A DNA stretch of 64,000 bases from Thermoproteota archaeon (GTDB lineage: Archaea > Korarchaeota > Korarchaeia > Korarchaeales > Korarchaeaceae): contig JAOZFN010000011.1 of assembly GCA_027492205.1 (NCBI GenBank), positions 64,001-128,000 on the forward strand. Reading direction: 5' to 3'. A program made the position numbers and the translations under genes. Below, piece after piece: positions 28,698 through 38,701 of this stretch (positions within the stretch are counted from its first letter, which is position 1; each line of letters opens with the position of its first letter). The notes below the pieces were generated by a model. It was given only the letters and a program-made list of their open reading frames with translations. It searched no databases and was not told the DNA's origin.

Positions 28698-30629
28698 TCA
28701 CCCGTCGGACCCGGTCGGGGGGTCGTAGGTGAGCCCGTCCATCTGGTGACAGCGTGGTATCGGGGAAATCAGGTCGATCACGGTCTCCCGGACGACGTCC
28801 AAGTTATCGAGCGCATACTTCCTCGTCGAAAACCGATCCTCCCCCCACAGCCATATCAGCACCCTCCCGGGGCCGAGATCGTAAATCCCAGGCCCGCCTA
28901 GGGCGCGGGTGAGCGGGCGGAGCAGGTCGCCGAGGTGGGGACTCTCGGGCCCGCCCAACAGGATGAGCACCTTGCTGTCTAGCATGGCCAGCCTCAACCC
29001 CTCCTGGTCCAGCCTGGCCCTGCGGACCTCGACGCCCATTTGACGAATTTCGTCGGCCAGCCGAGTCCCGGTCAGGTTCCAGTCTATGTCGTTCGACAGG
29101 ATCGCCACCTCGATCCCTGGTTCCCGCCACTCAGACCACAGCTCGAGTGCGCCCCGCCGGCTCAGGGCGTGGATCCTCACTTCGCAGCCCCCAGCCGCGG
29201 CTATGGTCTCCATAGCCGCCCGCGCGACTTCCCCATAGACGGGGACCTCGAGTTCCCACGAAGTGCAGCGGATCTCTGCGCCCTCCTTCGCCATGAGGAG
29301 GAACACCCTCCCCCAGGGATCTCTGCCAAAGTCCAGCGTACTGGGCAGCTCCAAGAGGACTCCGTCGTACAGGTCGAGCGCCCAGGCCCCCACCAGGCCC
29401 TCGGGTACCGTGGCCGGGGCCTGCCCCACGGCGACCAATCCGGCGTCGTAGACGCCTATGGCCCAGCGATCCCCGAAGGTCGATCCCCTCCAGCACCCGA
29501 GCCAGTAGAGGTTCGGCAGGTCCTCCAGCTGGACTTCTCCCTCCACCTCGGACGGGGCGTAGGCCGCCCCGTCGTGGCCGAACACCCTGGCCCCGGCAAA
29601 GGAGTAGAAGGCCGCCTCCCTTCCTCCCCTGTCGGGAAGGGCGTAGCTCAGGTGAAAGAACCCCAGCTCGGGGTTGCGTCTCCGGGCCTCCTCGTAGGGT
29701 CGGACGACGAGTTCGGGGACGTACATTGCCGGACTCTCCCACGAGCTCCCGTCCCACGGGAAGAGCACGGTAGCCCCCTGCACGACGTCCGAGTAGTACG
29801 ATTCGCTTATGTCCCAGTCCACGTACTCCATGGGCTCGTGGCCGCACCTGTAGGCCTGATTGGACACGATCACGAGGTCGATCCCCCTCTCCTCGGCCCC
29901 CTCCCTCAGCTCCAGCAGGAACTCCCTCAGCGCCTCCCAGAGCGTCTGGTTTGGGTGCCTCTCCCTGAACGCCTCGACGTACCCCGGCACCTCCGACGCC
30001 CATTCCTCCGAGCACGCCGCCGGGAACCAGTCGAAAAAGACTGCGGAGTACCCGCCGTCGGCCAGCGCGTCCAGCAGATTGAGAACCCGCCTCCTCCGGA
30101 GACCCTCACTGCCGTAGTCGTATGCAAGAGCCCTCCCGTAGGGGCCGTCGAAGCTGACGAGGAAGTCTCCTGGCCTGTAGCCCTCGGCGTCCCACTCGTA
30201 GGCGGCGAATATCCAGTCGTACATCATGAGCCGGACTCCCGCGTCTAGGAGTTCAGACCTCGCCTCCGGGGGGAGTTCGGCGGCCTCCACGATATCCGCC
30301 CTCCTTGCCAGCCTGAGCCTGTCCTCAGTCGGCGGGCCCATGAAGTACAGGCTGATCCTCGCGTTCGGTCTCGGGGCGAGGCCCCCCAGATCAGTCTGGG
30401 AGGGGGAGCCCATCCCGGGGGCCAGGCTGAGGGACGTCGCTCCGGTTCCAATCTCCGATCCACCTGTCCCGGAGCCGTCAGAAGGTAGGGCCTCAGAGTT
30501 GTGGATCTCAGGGCCGGATGAGAGTCCGATCGGGGCTCCATCCCGGCCGACGCGCTTCAATCCCACAGGCAAACTGAGCACGAGCGCCAAGAGGACCACA
30601 GGCGCCACGTCTGAAACTGGCACCCTCAT
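28698..30629 (-). CDS. Secreted protein with a putative glycoside-hydrolase-like domain and a C-terminal archaeal surface-binding domain
   Basis: Signal peptide; GYSAVFFDW and DISES motifs; C-terminal ILSNDID...ILLGGP...WGEDRFST. Confidence 0.6.
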   Translation of the reverse strand: MRVPVSDVAPVVLLALVLSLPVGLKRVGRDGAPIGLSSGPEIHNSEALPSDGSGTGGSEIGTGATSLSLAPGMGSPSQTDLGGLAPRPNARISLYFMGPPTEDRLRLARRADIVEAAELPPEARSELLDAGVRLMMYDWIFAAYEWDAEGYRPGDFLVSFDGPYGRALAYDYGSEGLRRRRVLNLLDALADGGYSAVFFDWFPAACSEEWASEVPGYVEAFRERHPNQTLWEALREFLLELREGAEERGIDLVIVSNQAYRCGHEPMEYVDWDISESYYSDVVQGATVLFPWDGSSWESPAMYVPELVVRPYEEARRRNPELGFFHLSYALPDRGGREAAFYSFAGARVFGHDGAAYAPSEVEGEVQLEDLPNLYWLGCWRGSTFGDRWAIGVYDAGLVAVGQAPATVPEGLVGAWALDLYDGVLLELPSTLDFGRDPWGRVFLLMAKEGAEIRCTSWELEVPVYGEVARAAMETIAAAGGCEVRIHALSRRGALELWSEWREPGIEVAILSNDIDWNLTGTRLADEIRQMGVEVRRARLDQEGLRLAMLDSKVLILLGGPESPHLGDLLRPLTRALGGPGIYDLGPGRVLIWLWGEDRFSTRKYALDNLDVVRETVIDLISPIPRCHQMDGLTYDPPTGSDG

Positions 30630-30737
30630 TGACTCCAGCTCACGGGAAGAGCACTTACGCTTATCGGGCCCCGCCCCCCACCGCGGTGGTGTGTTTAATG
30701 GATTCGGGTCTCGGAGCAGAGAAGGCCCTCTCCGGGC

Positions 30738-31337
30738 GTGGTGATGGACTTGAAGGGGCAGGTCGAAGAACTTAGGAGAACGTTCGAGGAAGAGGTCTCG
30801 TCGGAGCTGGCTAGGGAGCCAGATTCGACCACGAGGATCCTCATCTTTCTCTCGTGGCTCAACGAGTACCTGGAGGCCAGAGGGATTGGCAGGGTGATCC
30901 TAGTCGGCGGTTTCGCGGTCGAGGTGTACACGGGATCGACCTACAGGACCCTCGACGTGGACATAGTCGTCACGGGCGGGATCGACTTGGTGAAGTCCTT
31001 CTTGGATGCGATCGCCGACAGGGTTGGGAGGACTTGGGTCCCCCGGCTTCGTCCCCTCGCTGAGAGGGGGATCGACCTGGTCGGGACGGTCCCCACGGGG
31101 AAGAGGAGGCCCGTGGAACTGGTGGTCAGGGGGAGGAGGCTCTACGTCGAGGCCCCCGAGGATCTGATCGTCAAGTCCCTGGCGGGCTGGAAGTTCTGGA
31201 ACTCTGGGATGGATAGAGACAAGGCCATCCTTCTCCTGAGGGCTCTGAGGGGGCGCCTAGACTTGGACTTCCTCAGGAGAAGAGCTAAAGAAGAGGGGGT
31301 CCTTGACCTTCTCGAGGAGGCGGAGGGCCTTGCCTGA
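30738..31337 (+). CDS. DUF6036-like nucleotidyltransferase
   Basis: LVGGFAV...TLDVD, PEDLIVKSL, DRDKA and LDLDFL motifs. Confidence 0.8.
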   Translation: MVMDLKGQVEELRRTFEEEVSSELAREPDSTTRILIFLSWLNEYLEARGIGRVILVGGFAVEVYTGSTYRTLDVDIVVTGGIDLVKSFLDAIADRVGRTWVPRLRPLAERGIDLVGTVPTGKRRPVELVVRGRRLYVEAPEDLIVKSLAGWKFWNSGMDRDKAILLLRALRGRLDLDFLRRRAKEEGVLDLLEEAEGLA

Positions 31338-31359
31338 GGGGGGCGGCGAGTCCCTGACC

Positions 31360-31623
31360 TTGGTTGACTGGGATGAGCTCAGGTCATCAAGGGACAGAGT
31401 GGCCCTCCGAGAGGCCCTTAAGGCGGCCCTTCGGGCGAGGGAGAGGGAGAGGATCAGGGGCTCCAGGAGGAGCCTGGAGGACGTGAAGAGGCTTGGAGAT
31501 CTCGCGAGACTCGTTCTGGAGGAGATGGGGGAGAGGGGGGAGATATCCTTCCGGCTGGACGAGAGGGGGGCGATCGAGGCGGTGTACATCGGGTCAGGCC
31601 CCGCGGAAAGGGACAGGCGCTGA
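31360..31623 (+). CDS. Small helical partner of the nucleotidyltransferase
   Basis: Host-like codon usage; directly downstream; start may be TTG 31330 or TTG 31360. Confidence 0.55.
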   Translation: MVDWDELRSSRDRVALREALKAALRARERERIRGSRRSLEDVKRLGDLARLVLEEMGERGEISFRLDERGAIEAVYIGSGPAERDRR

Positions 31624-31661
31624 TCCGGGCCCTGCGCCCGTCTCACCCTGGGTGGGGGGCG

Positions 31662-32660
31662 GTGTCCCAGTTGTCCGGAAAGGCCCGCAGGGAACTCCTG
31701 AACCTGATCACGAGGCTGTCCGGCGCTAGGCGGGCGGATGTCAAGGTTCCACCCAACCCGCTCCTGGACGCGGGGGTCGTTTCGGGCTCAAGGTCAATGT
31801 ACGTCTGGGCCACCGACCCGGCCCTTGGGGTCCCGGGGGAACACCTCGGGATACTGGCCTTCCACTTTACGGCCTCCGATGTTGCCGTCATGGGGGGAAG
31901 GCCCGAGTACGTGGCCGTCAACCTCCTCCTCCCCACGGGGTTCACCGGCGAGGAGGCCGTGGAGATCATGCGGCAGATCCACGAGGAGGCGCGCCTGTAC
32001 GGGGCCTCCGTGGTGACCGGTCACACCGGCTGGTATCCAGGCGTGAGCGAGCCGGTCGCGGTGACGACGGTGGCCGGGAGGGTCGACAGACTGATGCTCC
32101 CCTCGAACGCCTCCTCCGGAGACAAGATATTGTTGGCCGGCGCCGTCGGAGGCGAACTTCTGTACTCCCTTGCCCACTTCAGACCCTCCGTCTTGGCAGA
32201 CGCCTACGGAGAGGAGGGTGTCAGGAGATGGAGGGGCTACTACAGGGACCTGTCGGTCGTGGACTCTGCCATGCTCCTCTCCCGCAGGGGCCTGGCCTTG
32301 GCCATGAAGGACGGGGCGGAGGGCGGGCTCGTGAGGGCCCTGAACGACCTGGCAGACGCCTCCGGGCTGGGATTCTACGTGGAGGAGGAGAAGCTCCCGA
32401 TCCCCCCGGAACTCCTGGCCCTGGCCGACGAGCACGGGTTCAATCCGCTGGCCGCCTCCAGCTCCGGTCTGCTGGTGGCAGTCGTCAGGCCAGAGTGGGC
32501 TAGGGAGGCTGTGTGGTGCCTGGGGGTCATAGGCATCTCTGCCGAGGTCGTGGGCGCGCTCCTCGGGCGGCCGGAGGAGAGGCTGATCCTGGGCCCTTCA
32601 GGGAGGAGGCCATTCCCCCGGGAGGCTGAGGACCCCTACTCCCGTCTCATCTCGCGCTAG
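31662..32660 (+). CDS. AIR synthase-related (HypE/ThiL-like) protein
   Basis: DAGV, TDP, SDVAVMG, VTGHT and MKDGAEGGL motifs. Confidence 0.85.
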   Translation: MSQLSGKARRELLNLITRLSGARRADVKVPPNPLLDAGVVSGSRSMYVWATDPALGVPGEHLGILAFHFTASDVAVMGGRPEYVAVNLLLPTGFTGEEAVEIMRQIHEEARLYGASVVTGHTGWYPGVSEPVAVTTVAGRVDRLMLPSNASSGDKILLAGAVGGELLYSLAHFRPSVLADAYGEEGVRRWRGYYRDLSVVDSAMLLSRRGLALAMKDGAEGGLVRALNDLADASGLGFYVEEEKLPIPPELLALADEHGFNPLAASSSGLLVAVVRPEWAREAVWCLGVIGISAEVVGALLGRPEERLILGPSGRRPFPREAEDPYSRLISR

Positions 32661-34018
32661 CCCCGCGCCGTGCCCCCCTCGACGATCACGAACCGGGGAG
32701 AGGACGCGTACCCCGTGACCCCACCCGAGGAGAACCGCACCTCCACGAACACGCCAGCGTAGGCCTTGGTCACTGGAATCGACGCCCTCCAGACACCCTC
32801 TTCCAGGGTCATCCGGATTGGGCTCCAGCCCGCGGTCACCAACCCGGCGAGGCTCTCAGAGGTCGCCGTCCACGCGGCGACCCCCAGGATCTCGCAGCGG
32901 CAGGTCACCTCAGCCAAGACCCACGCAGAGCCTCCGGTCGAGTGAGAGACGTGGACGTTGACCTCAGGCAGCTCGGCCGCGCCGGTGACGTGGGCTAGGA
33001 AGGCCCTCCAGGCTGCCGCCGCCCTCTCGGTCGAGTGGAGCCCGGTGTGCGTAGCGTTGGGGACGATCTCGAACCACAGCGGCCCGTGGTAGTAGGGGGC
33101 GTAGGTCCACTCGACTGCCGGTGGACTCAGCTGGTCGGCAGCCTCGAAGATCACCATGACCGGGATCGAGAGTTCGTCGAAGTGTTTCACCGGATCGTAC
33201 ACCCCCAGCAGGTCATCCACGTTGGCTGAGCGGTTCACCTGGTCCAGGACGCCGTAGGCTTCCATAACGGCCGGCGACCCGATCGGCCTCCCGTAGGCCT
33301 GATAGTGGGACCGCAGCAGGGCGGTGAGGTTGGCCCCGTTGTAGGAGCGCGGCGCTATCGCCGCGACCCGGTCGTCGTAGGCGGCCACGATCCAAGTCGT
33401 GAGTCCCCTCTTGCTACCTCCGCTCAGCACGAAGCGGCTCGGGTGGGAGGGGACCAGCAGGCTCTCGAGTGTCATGGCCCGTGAGTAGGCGAACGCCATG
33501 GGATAGACGAGGTGCCAGGTCAGGTCGCCGGTTTCGAGTGCCTTGGATATGGAGAAAGCCATGAGTTCAGTCTCCTCCAGCCCGAACTGGCCGTTGGGCA
33601 CGTCGAACAGTATCAGAACGGGGACGCAGGTCTCTGCGACCGCTCTGGCGCCGAACTCCACCGCGAATCGCTTGAACCCGGCGGGACCAGGACCGCCGGC
33701 GACGACGGCGCCGAGTTCGGAGTCGCACCCCTCCGAGTAGAAGATCCAGGCCCGGTGACTCCACCGCTTACCCTTCCACCTGATGCCCGAGAACTCGACG
33801 GCGAGGTACCTGACCTGGCGACCCTCAACCTCGATGGTCCCGTTGGCCAGCAGCTCGTAGGAAATCTCTTCGGGATCCCTCGCGTTGCTGAGGTCTAGCG
33901 TGAGGGACTCGGTTCCGCCCCCGCCACGAAGTTTGGTTGGCCTCACCCAGTGAAGAACTCCTACGACGACCAAGCCGGCGAGCAGGACGACGATCAGGAT
34001 AAGCGCGCCTCTCCCCAC
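32657..34018 (-). CDS. PqaA-like (PhoPQ-activated pathogenicity-related) alpha/beta hydrolase, membrane-anchored
   Basis: FVLSGGSKRGLTTW, DDRVAAIAP and VPNATH motifs; N-terminal TM. Confidence 0.85.
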   Translation of the reverse strand: MGRGALILIVVLLAGLVVVGVLHWVRPTKLRGGGGTESLTLDLSNARDPEEISYELLANGTIEVEGRQVRYLAVEFSGIRWKGKRWSHRAWIFYSEGCDSELGAVVAGGPGPAGFKRFAVEFGARAVAETCVPVLILFDVPNGQFGLEETELMAFSISKALETGDLTWHLVYPMAFAYSRAMTLESLLVPSHPSRFVLSGGSKRGLTTWIVAAYDDRVAAIAPRSYNGANLTALLRSHYQAYGRPIGSPAVMEAYGVLDQVNRSANVDDLLGVYDPVKHFDELSIPVMVIFEAADQLSPPAVEWTYAPYYHGPLWFEIVPNATHTGLHSTERAAAAWRAFLAHVTGAAELPEVNVHVSHSTGGSAWVLAEVTCRCEILGVAAWTATSESLAGLVTAGWSPIRMTLEEGVWRASIPVTKAYAGVFVEVRFSSGGVTGYASSPRFVIVEGGTARG

Positions 34019-34106
34019 TCTTCACTTCACCGGGGAGCATCGGAGGGGAGGCTAGTTTAGGGACGCCTGGGAACGATCTTGAAACAGGCGAAACGCCATC
34101 TCGGCC

Positions 34107-34217
34107 TCACCTTAGGCCCAGCTCTCTCTTCCACCTCCTGCCTAGGAGGTAGAGCACCAAGTAGGTTATGAAAGCGGTCGCGATTACCACTGCCGTGATT
34201 ATCACCTTCACGCCCAT
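34107..34217 (-). CDS. 36-aa single-TM microprotein missing from the ORF track
   Basis: MGVKVIITAVVIATAFITYLVLYLLGRRWKRELGLR*; GGGTG upstream. Confidence 0.55.
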   Translation of the reverse strand: MGVKVIITAVVIATAFITYLVLYLLGRRWKRELGLR

Positions 34218-34343
34218 CCGCGGCACCCAGCCCGTCGACCATCATATGTTGAAGTCAATAAATTTTGTGTTTGTCATTGTTATCGGAACCCTTATAGGCT
34301 GGCGCCCCGGACTCATGGCCGGTGCCTCCGGACGACGAGGCCC

Positions 34344-34550
34344 CTGGTGAAGTGAAGGTGCGGGGGCAGACTACCGGAGCCCTGGCAGGCCGTGAAGGTC
34401 CGGGCGACCAGGAATAGGGGAGTCTTCAGGGACAAGGTGCTCAGCCCAGGGAAAGTGCGCGCCCTGGTAAGGTCCGCGGAGATCTTGATTCACAAGGCCA
34501 TAATAGCCGCGCTCTACGAGGGAGCCCTTGCGTCGGGGAGCTGTGCTACC
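34344..34550 (+). pseudogene. Tyrosine recombinase/integrase relic
   Basis: LVK*...VLSPGKVRALVRSAE...KAIIAALYEGAL; restoring one C near 34530 gives L-R-VGELC (box I). Confidence 0.65.
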
Positions 34551-34752
34551 GAGCTCCGGTCGGCTGTGCGCCCGGTTATCTGGTGCTTCAGGCCCCGATC
34601 CTGGCCTCCCTCCCGTCGCCCTCCTGGCCCTGGTGGGCTTGGTGACCCTCTGGCTGCTGGAGGTCGGGAGGCTGGCCGACTCCGCCCTCAAATTGTTTTT
34701 ATTTAGCGGTACAGTCTACGCTGGGAAGCGCGAGTCGGGTCGGGGGATCTCT

Positions 34753-35217
34753 TTGGACAGACGCAGGGTGCTCCTCTCCTTCATCAGGCTGCTGGAGGAG
34801 AGGGGGATACTCAGGTTCGACCCCGACAGCCTCGACTCCAGGCTCAGGCTGCAGAAGTACGTTTATCTGGCGAGGCCTTTCGGCCTGAGACTGGGCTACG
34901 GGTTCTCCCTCTACATCAGGGGTCCTTACTCTCCAGACCTCGCTAGGGACTACTACGACCTCCCGGAGGGGGGGGATTCGCTGCCCGCGGAGTTCAAGGC
35001 TGAGGAGTTCATCGAGTTCGTCCGGGATAGGGACGAGAGGTGGCTAGAGGCCGCCAGCACCCTGCTCATGCTGGCCGAGGAGAGCCCTGACGACCTCGAG
35101 TGGGTGATATCGAGGGGCAGAGAGCTGAAGCCCTGGGCCGGGGAGGAGTGGCTCAGGGGCATCCTGGAGGAGATCAGGAGGAGGAATCTGATACCGGTCA
35201 CTCCTCTGAGATCTTGA
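34753..35217 (+). CDS. YwgA/SocA(Panacea)-like winged-helix protein
   Basis: RLRLQKYVYL...GYGFSLYIRGPYSPDL...LEAAST; start reassigned to TTG 34753. Confidence 0.7.
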   Translation: MDRRRVLLSFIRLLEERGILRFDPDSLDSRLRLQKYVYLARPFGLRLGYGFSLYIRGPYSPDLARDYYDLPEGGDSLPAEFKAEEFIEFVRDRDERWLEAASTLLMLAEESPDDLEWVISRGRELKPWAGEEWLRGILEEIRRRNLIPVTPLRS

Positions 35218-35692
35218 GCTTCCTGCGGCGCCTCCCCTCCTTCGTCAACCGCTCGTTGATCTCGTCTATGGCCTTGGACTCGATCACCTCTCTGTCAGTC
35301 GTCAAGAGCCTCGTGGAGTCCGGGTCCAGTAGCGCTTGAGCCGCGATCATTGAGTCCGCTGGCTTTATCCTGTAGTCCCTCTCTCGGATCTCTGCAGCCA
35401 GCCTGCAGACCTCCTCGTTGGCCCAGGCGATCGCGGGGTCGAGTGCCTCGAACAGCTCTCGAAGCCTGCGGACGGCATCCGCCGCCTCCGGGCCGCTGGC
35501 GCTCACGGCCAGCCACAGGAGGACCTCGACAGCAGCCGCGGACGACACCACCACGCGGGATCTTCCCCTCTCTCGCTCCTCCCTCAGCCTGTAGACGACG
35601 CGGTGCCCGTACTGATACTGATCCCTGTCCCCGAGGTTCATGTAGGCTATGATCACGCTGGAGTCGAGGTGGGTTGTGCTCTCGCCCTCCAT
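35198..35692 (-). CDS. PIN-domain protein
   Basis: LDSSVI, VEV, ADSMIAAQA and LLTTD motifs. Confidence 0.85.
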   Translation of the reverse strand: MEGESTTHLDSSVIIAYMNLGDRDQYQYGHRVVYRLREERERGRSRVVVSSAAAVEVLLWLAVSASGPEAADAVRRLRELFEALDPAIAWANEEVCRLAAEIRERDYRIKPADSMIAAQALLDPDSTRLLTTDREVIESKAIDEINERLTKEGRRRRKLKISEE

Positions 35693-35739
35693 CCAGGTCC
35701 CTCGAGCCGAGCACAGCCTTTTAAACGGGGAGGCGTTAC

Positions 35740-36076
35740 CAACCTTCTCCTAGATCACTACGTCGCTGGGCCGGACGGGAGGAAGAGGCACGTCCAGCAC
35801 TACGTCGGCCCGGCGGGCGAGAACCCTGAGCTGGCCAGGCTCGTTGTGAGCAGGCTGTCAGCAGATGTCAGCAGTTATCAGCATGAGGGGGAGGGGCCTA
35901 GGGGCCTGGTGGTCGAGCTGACGCCTGAGGAGGTGGAGGCGTTCTACGTGAAGGTCGTCGAGAAGGTCGGGAGGGGGAAGTACAGGCCGGAGAGGCACGG
36001 GGGGATGACCTGGGGGCAGGTGAGCGAGGCGTGGAGTTCGCTGAAGGCCAAGGTCCTGGCCCTGAGGCACAAATGA
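35740..36076 (+). pseudogene. 5'-truncated mobile-element-type protein
   Basis: LDHYV..DGRKRHVQHYVGP; no credible start codon outside the opposite-strand PIN gene. Confidence 0.4.
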
Positions 36077-36237
36077 GCGGGCATTTTAACTGAATCTTCA
36101 TTAAATACGGTCTGTCCCAAACCTTGGCCACTTCTTCTGTCTTTTGTCGATGTGGTGACGCGTATAAGGTTAACATTTTTAATTCTTAAAATTGATAACG
36201 TATTTCACAAGGGCCCGGCTGAGGGGTCGATGGAGCT

Positions 36238-37539
36238 ATGCCCGCCGACGACGCTAGTCAGAGCGCAACCAATCCGGATCTCGCGGGGCAAAGCTCGGCG
36301 GTAACGAGCAAGCGGGAGAGAATCCAAAGGCTCTACGGTGAGTACTGGAGTCCGAGGTTGGTCACCACCACCTACATGCTGGTGTACCTGACGGAGGGGG
36401 CCGTGCGCAGCCTAGGGATCTTCCTCCCATTCTACCTGTCGGAGAGATTCGGCTTAGGACCGGCGGACATCGGCTTCTTCGTCGCCGCGGCGTACATAGC
36501 GTGGCACTTCAAGTTCATCATAGGCCTGGTGATGGACCTCACCCCCTCCGTGAGGGGCTGGAGGCGCAGGATGTACCTCATGGCCGGCAACGTCATGAGG
36601 ATGGTCGGCTTCTTCCTCCTCGCGAGGGCCGCGGATCCGTGGAGACAGGCGTTCCCCGCCGCGCTGATCATCTTCTCGGGGGACGCCCTCCTGGACATCG
36701 CGGCCGACGCTCTCCTCCTCGATGTCACCCCTCCCGACTACCACGGTATGGGGTTCGGCTTCGGCTGGGGGGGCAGGGCCATTGGATACTCGCTCTCCGC
36801 CCTCTTCGTGACCTGGGCCGTCTCAAGGTTCGGGTGGGACGGCGCCATCTCTCTCATGGCCCTCTACACCATTCCGGCCTTCGCCATGGCCGCCGTGAGG
36901 GAGCCCCCGCTCACGGAGGAGAGGAGGATCAACAAGAGGGTCCTTGCCCTCACGTTCACCGACCCTAGGCTGCTGGCCGCTGTGATCTTCGCAATATTCG
37001 GGGCGTCCGTCTACTCCTTCGACCCCAACAGGGGCGTGTTCTCCCTAGTGATCAAGGAACTCTCCGGGAGGAGCCTCAGGGGTGGAGGCCTGGCCTCCGT
37101 GGCCTTCGGGTTGGCGGTCGCCGTTGGATCCCCGATCACCGGCATGCTGGCCGACCGAATAGGTCACAAAAGGGCGTACTACTTCTCCCTCGCCGGGGCC
37201 GCCGCATCCCTGGCCGGGATGTCTCTCCTGACCTCGGAGAGGGTCTGGCTCACGTATCCGCTGTCCTTCGCCCTGGGCTTCTTCGAGGGCTTCAACTTCA
37301 CCACTTGGGAGACCGTGCTCGGCGACCTCTGCCCACCAGAGTTCCCGTCGTTCCTCTTCCAGTACTTCATGTCGATGCTCCACGTCTCGGCCTACCTGAC
37401 GGCCGTGTTCGTGGGGTGGGGGATAGAGGCCCTGGGGCCCAGGATGACAGTGCTCCTCTCGGCCCTGTACATATCGATGGGCTTCATTCCCGCCTACTTC
37501 GTGAGGCCGCTGGCCACGGGTAAGGCCGAGAGGATCTGA
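36238..37539 (+). CDS. MFS transporter (AmpG/BT1-like)
   Basis: About 12 TM; WHFKFIIG, DIAADAL and GMLADRIGHKR motifs. Confidence 0.85.
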   Translation: MPADDASQSATNPDLAGQSSAVTSKRERIQRLYGEYWSPRLVTTTYMLVYLTEGAVRSLGIFLPFYLSERFGLGPADIGFFVAAAYIAWHFKFIIGLVMDLTPSVRGWRRRMYLMAGNVMRMVGFFLLARAADPWRQAFPAALIIFSGDALLDIAADALLLDVTPPDYHGMGFGFGWGGRAIGYSLSALFVTWAVSRFGWDGAISLMALYTIPAFAMAAVREPPLTEERRINKRVLALTFTDPRLLAAVIFAIFGASVYSFDPNRGVFSLVIKELSGRSLRGGGLASVAFGLAVAVGSPITGMLADRIGHKRAYYFSLAGAAASLAGMSLLTSERVWLTYPLSFALGFFEGFNFTTWETVLGDLCPPEFPSFLFQYFMSMLHVSAYLTAVFVGWGIEALGPRMTVLLSALYISMGFIPAYFVRPLATGKAERI

Positions 37540-37626
37540 GGGACACTCCCTCCCTTTTTTCAAAACTGCGAAGAACCTCGCACCTTAAGCACACGGTTTA
37601 TTTACCCTCCTTGGACCTCAGAAGCG

Positions 37627-38640
37627 GTGAGCATGACCAAGAGGGCGCTCTACGTGATTGGGTTCATCTTGCTCTCCGGCCTAGCCGGCTACCTCCTCCT
37701 GGGATACGTGGGTCTCGCCCCCCTGGGGGTCGGGCGGGCTCCGCCCGCCCCCGGCTTGGAAGAGGTCCCTCAGGGCGGGGTCAAGGCGGCTAGGGGGGCG
37801 GGCCTCCTGGTCACGCCCGAGGTGGGAGAGGCCGCCTACGGCGGGGCCGGAGTCCCGGCGCCGACGGCGCCTCCCGCGACGTATCCCGTCACGTCGGCCG
37901 GAGGCGCGGAGATCCCCACCTCGGCCTACGCAGGGAGGTCGCTGATCATAAGGGTGGAGGTGGGCGTCGAGGTCCCCGAGGGCCAGGTTGGACAGGCGGC
38001 CTCGGCCGTGGAGAGGGTGGCGGTCTCCAAGGGGGGCTGGGTCGAGTACTCCATGGTAACCGACGAGTACGCCACCGTGACCGTGAGGGTCCCGGTCGAG
38101 AGCCTCGACGCGGCCCTGGCGGAGATCAGGCAAATAGGCACCGTAAAGAGCGAGACCAGGAGCGCGACCGACGTCACGGACCAGCTTGTCGACCTTGACG
38201 CCAGGCTGCGGAACGCTAAGGCGGAGGAGCAGAGGCTGCTGGAGATCCTGAGCAAGGCCGAGACCGTCAACGAGATACTGCAGGTTGAGGACCGACTCTC
38301 CCACGTGAGAGAGAGGATCGAGAGGCTCGAGGCCCAGAAGAAGATGCTGGAGGAGCAGGTAGACTACGCGACCGTGACCGTCACGATCTCCGTCCCGGAG
38401 CCCGAGCCGCCCGAGGAGCCGCTACTCCCAGGCTTCAGCCTCAGAGACCTGGTGAGGGCGGCCCTGAAGGCGCTTGTGCTTGCCCTCACCCTGATAATCG
38501 TCGGGGCGGCCTTCCTTGCGCCGATCGTGGTGGTGGGCTGGGCCATCCTGACGGTCTATCGGAGGTCGAAGGGGGTACTGGGGCAGGTCCCTCAGTCTGG
38601 GTCTGGCCCCTCTCAAGCGCTCGCTCCGGAGGGAGGTTGA
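37627..38640 (+). CDS. DUF4349 domain protein
   Basis: TVRVP, DVTDQLVDLDARL and VDYATVTV motifs; N- and C-terminal TM helices. Confidence 0.88.
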   Translation: MSMTKRALYVIGFILLSGLAGYLLLGYVGLAPLGVGRAPPAPGLEEVPQGGVKAARGAGLLVTPEVGEAAYGGAGVPAPTAPPATYPVTSAGGAEIPTSAYAGRSLIIRVEVGVEVPEGQVGQAASAVERVAVSKGGWVEYSMVTDEYATVTVRVPVESLDAALAEIRQIGTVKSETRSATDVTDQLVDLDARLRNAKAEEQRLLEILSKAETVNEILQVEDRLSHVRERIERLEAQKKMLEEQVDYATVTVTISVPEPEPPEEPLLPGFSLRDLVRAALKALVLALTLIIVGAAFLAPIVVVGWAILTVYRRSKGVLGQVPQSGSGPSQALAPEGG

Positions 38641-38701
38641 CCTTCGCCCCCTCCCCCCTTCTTTGAACCGGGCCTTCGGACGTTGAGCTCGGGGTGAGGG
38701 C

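Noticed and set aside
34528-34752. N-terminal TM extension of the YwgA/SocA-like ORF
   Set aside because: It overlaps the integrase relic and an AT-rich promoter-like tract near 34690-34703; TTG 34753 is the more plausible start.
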